From Candidatus Gottesmanbacteria bacterium (GTDB lineage Bacteria > Patescibacteriota > Microgenomatia > 2-02-FULL-39-11), in assembly GCA_016186795.1 (NCBI GenBank), contig JACPKY010000002.1:465044-529043 (forward strand): a stretch of 64,000 nt of DNA, given 5' to 3'. Position 1 is the first letter of the stretch, and each line of letters begins with the position of its first letter. Below the pieces are notes generated by a model that was not told where the DNA came from, did not search any database, and worked only from the letters and a program-made list of their open reading frames with translations. This document shows positions 38,532-45,727 of this stretch, in pieces. The position numbers and the translations under genes were made by a program.

Positions 38532-39194
38532 TCAGACCTTTCCGGCAGTAATAATCAGACGTTTTTTGTCTGCAAATCCAGAACATGTATAGAGGGTTAG
38601 AATTGATTCTTTGGTTGGAGCGATAACCTCAACTTGTGTGGGGAGCACTTCTTTAATATCCTTCACGAAATATCCATACCAGGAATCTTTCGTAAATACG
38701 TAAATCTTTTGCCCGATTTTTGCCTGTTTAAGAGGAAGGAATAATCCGGCACGAGCGTGAGCAAAAATGACTTGATTACCTATATCTTGCGGATAGGAAG
38801 AACCAAGTCCAAATCCAGCACTATCGGCAAATACCTCCCAGTATCCTTTTATAACTTTTGCTTCTCGAACTTGTACATCAATACTTAAATCGGGAATAAC
38901 AAGACGCGTCGGTGGACTTTTTGTAACTTTTTTCGAGGTATCAACGCGGAGTAAATTTTCATCTATTTTTACTGGCTCTTGTGCAAATGTGGTAACACTT
39001 TCTGCGCTTTCTGTTTTTTCTTCTTTTCGCTCATTATTTCCACCAGCTGGAGTTGAAAGTACCGATCCTACAATCAGCAAAAAAAACCCTCCGACTAAAA
39101 GGATCAGTCGCGTGCGACGCCTTTCGTCTTGAAGGATTTTTTTTACGCTCTTTGGATTTTTCCGAATTTTGATTTTGCGTAGAGAAGAAGACAT
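38532..39194 (-). CDS. Sortase (transpeptidase) with N-terminal membrane anchor
   Basis: N-terminal TM (LILLVGGFFLLIVGSVL), His motif VIFAHARAG, catalytic Cys in LTLYTCSGF (TLxTC), and a downstream Arg. Confidence 0.8.
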   Translation of the reverse strand: MSSSLRKIKIRKNPKSVKKILQDERRRTRLILLVGGFFLLIVGSVLSTPAGGNNERKEEKTESAESVTTFAQEPVKIDENLLRVDTSKKVTKSPPTRLVIPDLSIDVQVREAKVIKGYWEVFADSAGFGLGSSYPQDIGNQVIFAHARAGLFLPLKQAKIGQKIYVFTKDSWYGYFVKDIKEVLPTQVEVIAPTKESILTLYTCSGFADKKRLIITAGKV

Positions 39195-39637
39195 AACACT
39201 CCTGATAGGAGTATTATATCAGAAAGCCCCAAATCGAAACTTCCGGTTGCGGATAAACCTTTAACAATTGGTTGTGGCTCTCCTGGTTGTCCACCTGATT
39301 CACCCCCAATTCGAGGTGTCCATCCACAATATGGTCCTACGTATGATTTCCCGGCAGCACACGCATCTTCACCATCTCCTTCCCCTCCTCCACCATTTGA
39401 TGGCGGATTTGTTGGCGTCGGTCCCCCTATCCGCGGTGTTGGTGTTGGCTGGGTAGTTGTGGGCTGTGGCGTACTTGTTGGTTCTTCTGGTGGAGATGTC
39501 GGATGTTCGTCACTTGGTTGTGTTGGTCTTGTAGTTGGCCTCTCCCACCAGTCTGCATATACGCTTGTTGAGTTTGACATCACAATCCACAAAAGAATGA
39601 TTAATAAGCTTCCGAAAACAGCAATTTTTCTTTTCAC
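39143..39637 (-). CDS. Small secreted Pro/Thr-rich protein with C-terminal hydrophobic anchor and basic tail (candidate sortase substrate)
   Basis: GTG start with SD AGGAGGTGA 9 nt upstream. Signal peptide; PTTRPTQPSDEHPTSPPEEPTSTPQPTTTQPTPTP; C-terminus KGLSATGSFDLGLSDIILLSGVLCLLLYAKSKFGKIQRA. Confidence 0.5.
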   Translation of the reverse strand: MKRKIAVFGSLLIILLWIVMSNSTSVYADWWERPTTRPTQPSDEHPTSPPEEPTSTPQPTTTQPTPTPRIGGPTPTNPPSNGGGGEGDGEDACAAGKSYVGPYCGWTPRIGGESGGQPGEPQPIVKGLSATGSFDLGLSDIILLSGVLCLLLYAKSKFGKIQRA

Positions 39638-39659
39638 TTCTGACTATTCACCTCCTTTT

Positions 39660-41969
39660 CTATAAAATAACCTCCAATAATGCATGAACGTACTTTGAGA
39701 TATCATATTTCTTTCGGCGTCTGATGATAAAGAGAAAAAGAGCGACCGGCACAATCCAAAGCCAAGAGTTGGTAACACGAATTGAGGCTCCACCCAAAAG
39801 CATTGCCGCAATGCTACTTTGTGTTGCCTTGGCAAATGCTGGAGAAAGGAATATTCCACGCTTCACTTCTTTGATTTGATTGATTTGATTTTCTACCTGT
39901 TGCTGCTCTGGAACACCCTGAGAATAATATTGGCGCGTTGTGTAAGTCTTTTGTCTTGCAGTATTAACAGTATTTACTGCTTGGGTATAAGTCTCGGGAT
40001 AATAATAGTAATATATTTCATTTGTCTGAGATGTCTGATCTTGGTAGTATGAATCTGCATACTCATTGGATTCTCCATTGTAACTGTCAAAATTGTCGGC
40101 TGATCCAAGTGGTGGAATGGTCGGAAGTGGGGCAATAGTAGGAAGTTCCGCTACTCCCCCAGTTGCAGATGTAGTATTTCCTGATGCGTTTTGTCCAGGC
40201 GTTACGACATCACCAGCCCAGGATCCGAGAATATTTACTAAGATCGCAACAAACTTTTTGGCAACAACATTGGTATTTGCCATGTTAACGAGATTCAAAC
40301 CTACATTTGCATCGCCTGTTTCTATGACACCTGCTCCTGTGTTATAGGCAGCTTGGTTATTGCCGGTATCGGCAGTGGCTGTGACATTATTCGTTATCTT
40401 TGCGGTATTCTCGTTTGACAGCTGAGTATTTGTTGTCGTATTTTGAGAAGCAACGTTATCAGAAAAGGCCCCTGTTCCGGCATTGGTTGTCGTAAATGTC
40501 TGAAATCCGGCGCCTGTCGTTGTTTGAGCTATCGGAAGTGCATTGGAAGCGCTTGTTGCACCCCATGGGGAACCAAGAATATGACCAACCCACTTCCCTG
40601 CTTCATTGACAATAACCATCCATACAGTCTCTTCTTCCTGTACGGTATTTATATTGGCAATTGTTGAGTTACTCACAGCAACATCGGTATTTCCTGTTGC
40701 GACATACCCTCCACCGGTATTTACCGATGCAGTATTATTTCCACTATTTGCCGATGTATTTACTGCACTTACAATATCTGCATTGTTTGTGTTCTCAAAC
40801 GAAGCAGTCGTGTTGCTTGTATAATTTGCAGTGTTATTTGACATCGCTCCAGTATTACTATTCCCACTAAGTAGAGTTGATCCACCTGACCCACTACTGT
40901 CTCCTTGAGGAAGAATAATATTGCCGACATACTCACCAAAGATATTCACGACACCAAAAAGCCAGTTGGAGACATTGAGGTTGGTATTCGCAAGATTGAT
41001 GACGTTACCAATTGCACTTGCATCACCTGTTGAGACCACACCATTTCCAGTATTGAATGATGCACTGTTACTTCCTGTAATTGCTGCAAGGTTAATATCA
41101 TTGACAATTTCTGCATCATTTCCATTTGCTTCTTTCACCGTAAACTGGCTATCGGCAATAGCAGTATTATCAGATCCATAACCAGTCACGGCATTTTTGG
41201 ATACTGTCCCTGAAGCTTGGGAAAACCCTTGATTGATACTATTTCCGGGAAGATTGAAAACAATATCTCCTAAGTAGTTATCGTAGATATTAAATACAGA
41301 AAACGCGCCAACTCCTGTCATGGTGCTATTGAGCTTATTTAAAAGATTCAGTTTGGCTTGGGTATCGCCAGTAAAAACTTGCCCATCTAATGTATTGAGA
41401 TTTGCGTAGTTAAATCCAGTTGAGGAAATTTGGTCAATTTTATTTTGCATCTGGGCTAAATTTTGATTCATCACCTCAAGCTTCTGGTTCACTATTTCTT
41501 CAGCGTAGTTCGTCGACAGAGCCCCAGTGGCAATATTAGCTGGATCATTGATTTCTCCACTAGAATTCGTACTCGTACCACTTGCGTTACCCTCGGATGA
41601 GTATCCATTAGGATTACTCTGATTTGTCGGATCTTCTAAGCTTCCTCCAGTAGGCGTTATCCCTGAAAGGGAATCGATCTGATCTGAAGTTGGTAATGGA
41701 TCCCCACCTGAACTGGTCGGAAGTGGTGGAACGGTTGGGACATCCGCCGGAGGAGGCGGATTTGTCGGTGGAGGCGCAGCTGTCGGTAATGTGTAACTCG
41801 TATCAGGTGGCGGAGGAACTGTCGGTACTGAGGAGAGTGTATCTGGCATCGGAGGCGGAGGTGGAACTGTCGGTACCTCCTGGGCCAATACGGGTACAAC
41901 CGATAAAACTCTCAGAAAAATGAGAGTTACAATAAGACTTGTACTAATAAATTTTTTCAACCTATTCAT
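39660..41969 (-). CDS. Large secreted Asn/Thr/Ser/Gly-rich repeat protein (paralog family) with Pro-rich N-terminal region and C-terminal TM plus basic anchor
   Basis: Signal peptide MNRLKKFISTSLIVTLIFLRVLSVVPVLAQE, then PPPPPMPDTLSSVPTVPPPPD. Repeated modules include ADTGNNQAAYNTGAGVIETGDANVGLNLVNMANTNV, ANSGNNTASVNTGGGYVATGNTDVAVSNS and ITGSNSASFNTGNGVVSTGDASAIGNVINLANTNLNV. C-terminus WLWIVPVALFLFIIRRRKK. Confidence 0.7.
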   Translation of the reverse strand: MNRLKKFISTSLIVTLIFLRVLSVVPVLAQEVPTVPPPPPMPDTLSSVPTVPPPPDTSYTLPTAAPPPTNPPPPADVPTVPPLPTSSGGDPLPTSDQIDSLSGITPTGGSLEDPTNQSNPNGYSSEGNASGTSTNSSGEINDPANIATGALSTNYAEEIVNQKLEVMNQNLAQMQNKIDQISSTGFNYANLNTLDGQVFTGDTQAKLNLLNKLNSTMTGVGAFSVFNIYDNYLGDIVFNLPGNSINQGFSQASGTVSKNAVTGYGSDNTAIADSQFTVKEANGNDAEIVNDINLAAITGSNSASFNTGNGVVSTGDASAIGNVINLANTNLNVSNWLFGVVNIFGEYVGNIILPQGDSSGSGGSTLLSGNSNTGAMSNNTANYTSNTTASFENTNNADIVSAVNTSANSGNNTASVNTGGGYVATGNTDVAVSNSTIANINTVQEEETVWMVIVNEAGKWVGHILGSPWGATSASNALPIAQTTTGAGFQTFTTTNAGTGAFSDNVASQNTTTNTQLSNENTAKITNNVTATADTGNNQAAYNTGAGVIETGDANVGLNLVNMANTNVVAKKFVAILVNILGSWAGDVVTPGQNASGNTTSATGGVAELPTIAPLPTIPPLGSADNFDSYNGESNEYADSYYQDQTSQTNEIYYYYYPETYTQAVNTVNTARQKTYTTRQYYSQGVPEQQQVENQINQIKEVKRGIFLSPAFAKATQSSIAAMLLGGASIRVTNSWLWIVPVALFLFIIRRRKKYDISKYVHALLEVIL

Positions 41970-42010
41970 CTACTTTATCCATTTTGATTTCCTATAAATA
42001 AGTCTTTCTC

Positions 42011-42045
42011 GGTGGGGACCCAATTTCCTAGGATGGATCCCCACC
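42011..42045 (-). other. Stem-loop GGTGGGGA-N19-TCCCCACC immediately downstream of the 419-aa repeat-protein gene (possible weak terminator or RNA processing site)
   Basis: Perfect 8-bp GC-rich stem; no strong U-tract. Confidence 0.3.
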
Positions 42046-42068
42046 ATAAGAAAGGGATGGCTACTGTT

Positions 42069-43265
42069 TTACAGGGAGAGTGTATTCAGGACATCGTTAA
42101 GATGTGTCTGAACCGCTTCCATGAGTGATGCCCATCCTGCCATCACGCTACCACCACCGGTATTGTAGTCTCCGGCGTTATTCCCAGCATCAACAACACT
42201 ATTTACAGTATTGAAGACTCCGAGATACTCAGGTTCACACCCATCGGTCTCACTCCATGGTCTCCATGGATTTCGAATCCGATCAGCGTTGTGAGACTGG
42301 CACTTGTTATTCCAGTTATCTACAGTTACGTTTTTATTGTTATTCACGTACTGTGCATTATTGGAATACGGACCTGTTACACTACTTGAAGCATCATTGG
42401 CGAATCCGCCCATGGCTGTTGCAATCATAGTCGTGTTGATATTCCCTTCGGTATTGACACCAACTCCGGCTGTTGCATTTCCTGTTGTAATATCGCCTCC
42501 CAACGTGTTGTAGGATGCGCTATTATTCCCAGTTAATGCACGTGCGTTCACTCTGTTTTTGACTTGGAGGTCATTCACATTGTTCACGTACGCGTAGATG
42601 TCGTTGTTGATGACTGCCGCATTGTTAGAGAATGGTCCAGTTGTGCTATTGAATGCAGTGTTGTTCCCAGTACCACCTGCCCCAAGGTTAAGGTCTGTCA
42701 AACTGTCATTCACATGTGTCAGTACTCCAAGATTTAACCATGAATTTCCAGTTTGAACGGTTGCTGGACCGGTATTGTAGTCTGCACTATTATTCCCAGT
42801 ATCAGCTGTTGCATTCACACTATTCTTCACTGTGGCGGTATTACTGTTGTATACATCGACTCTCGTTCGATTGTTGATGTATGCAGCGTTATTGGAGTAA
42901 GGTCCGGTAATTTCGTTACCAGCGATGTTGTTTGAACCTCCAGATCCAATTGTCAGATTGGTCGTACTGATGTTTGCAACTGAAGACACGGTTGTGTTGT
43001 TGGTCGCATTCCCAGTGACGATTGAGCCTCCCAGCGTATTGTAGGAAGCACTGTTGTTCCCAGTGTTAGACGTAGAATTCACTCTATTGATGATTTGAGC
43101 ATCATTGACGTTATTGACCGTCACATTGCTAGTGTTGTTTACAGTGCAGGTGTTGTTTGAAAACGGTCCTGTGGTACTGTTTGTACAACTGTTTGCAGCA
43201 AATGCCGGTACTAAGGTTGCAGCGAGTAAAACTGCTGCCCCTGTTAACGTTGCAATTTTTTTCAT
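42069..43265 (-). CDS. Secreted Asn/Thr-rich protein with four tandem ~90-aa repeats (paralog family)
   Basis: SD AAAGGAGGTG 9 nt before ATG. Signal peptide MKKIATLTGAAVLLAATLVPAFA. Four modules share TGP[FY]SNN...[VI]NN...VN...TGNNSA[SD]YNT.GG.I.TGNAT. Confidence 0.7.
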   Translation of the reverse strand: MKKIATLTGAAVLLAATLVPAFAANSCTNSTTGPFSNNTCTVNNTSNVTVNNVNDAQIINRVNSTSNTGNNSASYNTLGGSIVTGNATNNTTVSSVANISTTNLTIGSGGSNNIAGNEITGPYSNNAAYINNRTRVDVYNSNTATVKNSVNATADTGNNSADYNTGPATVQTGNSWLNLGVLTHVNDSLTDLNLGAGGTGNNTAFNSTTGPFSNNAAVINNDIYAYVNNVNDLQVKNRVNARALTGNNSASYNTLGGDITTGNATAGVGVNTEGNINTTMIATAMGGFANDASSSVTGPYSNNAQYVNNNKNVTVDNWNNKCQSHNADRIRNPWRPWSETDGCEPEYLGVFNTVNSVVDAGNNAGDYNTGGGSVMAGWASLMEAVQTHLNDVLNTLSL

Positions 43266-43365
43266 TAAGTTTTCACCTCCTTTCTTTTGTGTGATAACAA
43301 AACTGTCATTCTGCCTAGGAAAGAACACACAGCTTTGTCCAATCCAGTAAGTCAGTAATCACTCC

Positions 43366-43416
43366 AAAAAAATGAGGTAAGTCTCCTCCCGATAATATCG
43401 GGAGAATCCTTACCTC
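43366..43416 (-). terminator. Intrinsic terminator in the 5' leader of the repeat-protein operon (GAGGTAAG...CTTACCTC stem with nested TCCCGATATTATCGGGA hairpin, + U7)
   Basis: Minus-sense GGAGGTAAGGATTCTCCCGATATTATCGGGAGGAGACTTACCTCATTTTTTT. Shares GGTAA with the upstream motif stem, so the two structures are mutually exclusive. Confidence 0.55.
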
Positions 43417-43432
43417 CGTGTGCGGTCGGTAA
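43410..43432 (-). promoter_or_regulatory. Conserved leader RNA stem-loop, copy B (stem TTACC/GGTAA, loop GACCGCACACGGA); candidate antiterminator
   Basis: Minus-sense TTACCGACCGCACACGGAGGTAA. The loop sequence is conserved with copies A and C, while the lower stem differs but remains complementary. Confidence 0.5.
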
Positions 43433-43455
43433 TTAAAATTATTTTTCCAGCGCGC

Positions 43456-43620
43456 CTAAATTTGGTGGCTGGTTTTTCTGATATTTCTCTCTGTAATCTG
43501 TGTCACTTTGTTGTTTTGCACGTAAATCTCTACGGATCCCCAGCCGCGAATATTTTTGAGTGCTTGCTTTATTTCCTCAAGTAAATCCCTAGTAATTTTT
43601 TTGGTTGAGTAGTCAACCAT
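43456..43620 (-). CDS. Small protein, DUF2292/YezD family (54 aa), embedded in the 5' leader upstream of the conserved motif; absent from the ORF track (<60 aa)
   Basis: Translation MVDYSTKKITRDLLEEIKQALKNIRGWGSVEIYVQNNKVTQITERNIRKTSHQI*. The core GSVEIyVQNgKVTQIt.R matches the YezD-like family as I recall it. Confidence 0.5.
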   Translation of the reverse strand: MVDYSTKKITRDLLEEIKQALKNIRGWGSVEIYVQNNKVTQITERNIRKTSHQI

Positions 43621-43701
43621 TGGGCATTGTAGGCAGTTGCGGGCAGACTGTGAATGATGAGCAGATTTTGGGGCAGAAGTACGGGCTTTTTTCTAAGTCG
43701 C

Positions 43702-43731
43702 ACTATAAAAGATATACTCTTACCTTGTCAA
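43702..43731 (-). promoter_or_regulatory. Promoter TTGACAAGG-N15-TATAGT driving the leader of the repeat-protein operon
   Basis: Minus-sense CTCTTGACAAGGTAAGAGTATATCTTTTATAGTG; near-identical architecture to the promoter at 49891..49920. Confidence 0.4.
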
Positions 43732-44342
43732 GAGGGCAATTTTATTGGTATTTCCTCTTTCTTCCCGTCAAGTTCTCCAACATAGAGCTTAAATTCCTTC
43801 GCATCTTGGGGGATTACAAATCCGATTCGATCAGGTTTCGTCGAGATTGCGGCAACATACACCAGATTGTTATGCAAATCTGGCGCAAACTTGTTCTCTT
43901 CATCACCGTTAACAGTCAGGCGAACGAGATCTCCTGGCAAAATATTTAATGGAATTGTGGCATCGTTTTTCAGGTCAAGTTGCAGAATTAGAAAGGTTTT
44001 GTTGTTTTTGGCAACGAACGTCTGGTCTTTCACAAGGACTTGATTTGTTTTCTCAACTGTTGTTGCGGTAACTTTTATTTTCTGTATCACTGGTTTTCCC
44101 TGGTTATTGAGAGCGGTAAACTCAAAGCTTCTATTCACCGGTTGCGAAACAGATTTAGCCGATGCCGTCTGACCAACCCTTGAAGAAATAAATCGTGCAC
44201 CTCCGATACCAATGACAAAAAGAACTATAAGCGCAATAACTATCCGTTTTTTGGAGGATAAAATGGATCGTAGAAAAAGTCCACCGGTTTTCGCAAGTTG
44301 CGAAGCTTTTTCTAGACCCAGAATATTTTTTTCTTTTGCCAT
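43728..44342 (-). CDS. Membrane-anchored protein with beta-rich extracytoplasmic domain (DUF4352-like)
   Basis: N-terminal TM (IVIALIVLFVIGIGGA) followed by ...TFLILQLDLKNDATIPLNILPGDLVRLTVNGDEENKF...; resembles DUF4352 proteins. Confidence 0.45.
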   Translation of the reverse strand: MAKEKNILGLEKASQLAKTGGLFLRSILSSKKRIVIALIVLFVIGIGGARFISSRVGQTASAKSVSQPVNRSFEFTALNNQGKPVIQKIKVTATTVEKTNQVLVKDQTFVAKNNKTFLILQLDLKNDATIPLNILPGDLVRLTVNGDEENKFAPDLHNNLVYVAAISTKPDRIGFVIPQDAKEFKLYVGELDGKKEEIPIKLPS

Positions 44343-44343
44343 A

Positions 44344-44372
44344 AGAAAAGCCCAAAGCAGACAGCTTTGGGC
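44344..44372 (-). terminator. Hairpin GCCCAAAGC-TGTCTG-CTTTGGGC + UUUUCUU (terminator / 5'UTR structure) directly upstream of the 43728..44342 start
   Basis: Minus-sense GCCCAAAGCTGTCTGCTTTGGGCTTTTCTTATG, preceded by a TTGACA-15-TATAGT promoter-like sequence (44387..44413). Confidence 0.4.
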
Positions 44373-44481
44373 AGAAGTAAACAGATACTATACTGGTCAA
44401 ATCACATTGTCAAGATATCGAAATATATCAAACTATCTCTTTTCCAGTACATTGATCAATTTTTCTTATTACCACGTACTG

Positions 44482-45663
44482 TCATGCGATGAATAATCCC
44501 ACTACAAACAAGGCAAAGTAGAGAGAAAAGAAGAGAACTGATGCTCCCAGATACATGATTTTATAGGTAGGCTGAATGCGAAACGAGACGACAGAAAGAA
44601 ATAGCGGAAAAAGAATAAGTGCATACCGAGAGAAAGAGAAAAATGGAACCATACTGTATTTCGTACTAGTAACGGTAAAGACGAGATAGAGAAGGAGAGA
44701 AAGAATCCAGATATCAGTCCGGAGAAGCCTTTTTGACAGGACAACAAGAATTCCTCCTGATGTTGCCAAAAACAAATTCACATGATTTGGAAGAGTATAC
44801 CCGAGAGAAAAAAGGTAGTTCCACTCGGCAGTAATAAGATCCCAAGGCAAGGTGTATTTTATCCCCCAAAAGTTTTGCGCTTTAATGGAAGAAAAGGGGA
44901 CACCAGTCATCGAATCTTGGAAAAAGGTAGAAAAGATATATGCTAGTGGAATAAGAAAAAGAGAAATAAACCGTGGGAGAAAATTTCGAAGGTTTACTGA
45001 GCTCTTATAGTACGTATACAAAAGAGGAAGAAAAACAACGATCGCAAATGGCTTTGTTGAAGCGGCCAAAGCTGCAACGAACGATGCCCAAAAATACTTC
45101 TTCTTCCTCAACAAAAGAAACAATCCAATCAGAAGAACTAAGAGAAGCGACTCCGCATAGGGCGCAAGAAGGAAAAAACTTGTGGGAAAAAACGCATACA
45201 TCGTAACGAGCGGAAGAGATGTTCTTTCTCCTTTCTCTTCTTTAGCAAATAGATAAAGAAGGAAAAATACCAAAAAGACTAGAAACGTATTTAAAACAAA
45301 AGCTCCTTGCTCAAAAGTAAATCCAGTAAGAAGAAACACCCGTAGGACAAGTGGATACAAAGGGAAAAATGCTGCGCTTTGCGGACTGTCTTGATATAGA
45401 AAAATTGCTATATTTTTATACCAGAGAGCATCAAAACGCATGAGAGGTTGCATAATAATATACAAAGGGGATGATTTTTCTGGAATACGCTCTACAAAGT
45501 CCATACCACTTACAAAATACGGAATAGGACTAACAAGTGAAAGTAGTATCCAGCCGATTAAAAAGGTCGATAATCTGAGCCAAACGGTAAAGAGAATTGC
45601 CGTCACAAAAGCCCGTTTTGTCACCGGTGAAATTTTCATGAGGCAAACTATACACCGAAACAA
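44482..45663 (-). CDS. GT-C membrane mannosyltransferase, PIG-V/Mannosyl_trans2-like
   Basis: Motif RFDALWYKNIA in an extracytoplasmic loop (D..WY..IA signature); about 10 TM segments. Confidence 0.5.
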   Translation of the reverse strand: MFRCIVCLMKISPVTKRAFVTAILFTVWLRLSTFLIGWILLSLVSPIPYFVSGMDFVERIPEKSSPLYIIMQPLMRFDALWYKNIAIFLYQDSPQSAAFFPLYPLVLRVFLLTGFTFEQGAFVLNTFLVFLVFFLLYLFAKEEKGERTSLPLVTMYAFFPTSFFLLAPYAESLLLVLLIGLFLLLRKKKYFWASFVAALAASTKPFAIVVFLPLLYTYYKSSVNLRNFLPRFISLFLIPLAYIFSTFFQDSMTGVPFSSIKAQNFWGIKYTLPWDLITAEWNYLFSLGYTLPNHVNLFLATSGGILVVLSKRLLRTDIWILSLLLYLVFTVTSTKYSMVPFFSFSRYALILFPLFLSVVSFRIQPTYKIMYLGASVLFFSLYFALFVVGLFIA

Positions 45664-45727
45664 GAAATAGAGTCAAGGAGGAACATCTTGTTGATTCCCT
45701 ACCTCTACGCTATCATCCACTCATACT

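Noticed and set aside
40093-43350. Numerous 60-90-aa plus-strand ORFs inside the Asn/Thr-rich protein genes
   Set aside because: Antisense frames of compositionally biased repeat genes; no RBS and no coherent protein-like sequence.
43605-43949. 114-aa plus-strand ORF
   Set aside because: Overlaps the 3' end of the DUF4352 gene, the promoter and the leader on the opposite strand. The translation is not protein-like. The minus-strand DUF2292 ORF and regulatory RNA explain the region better.
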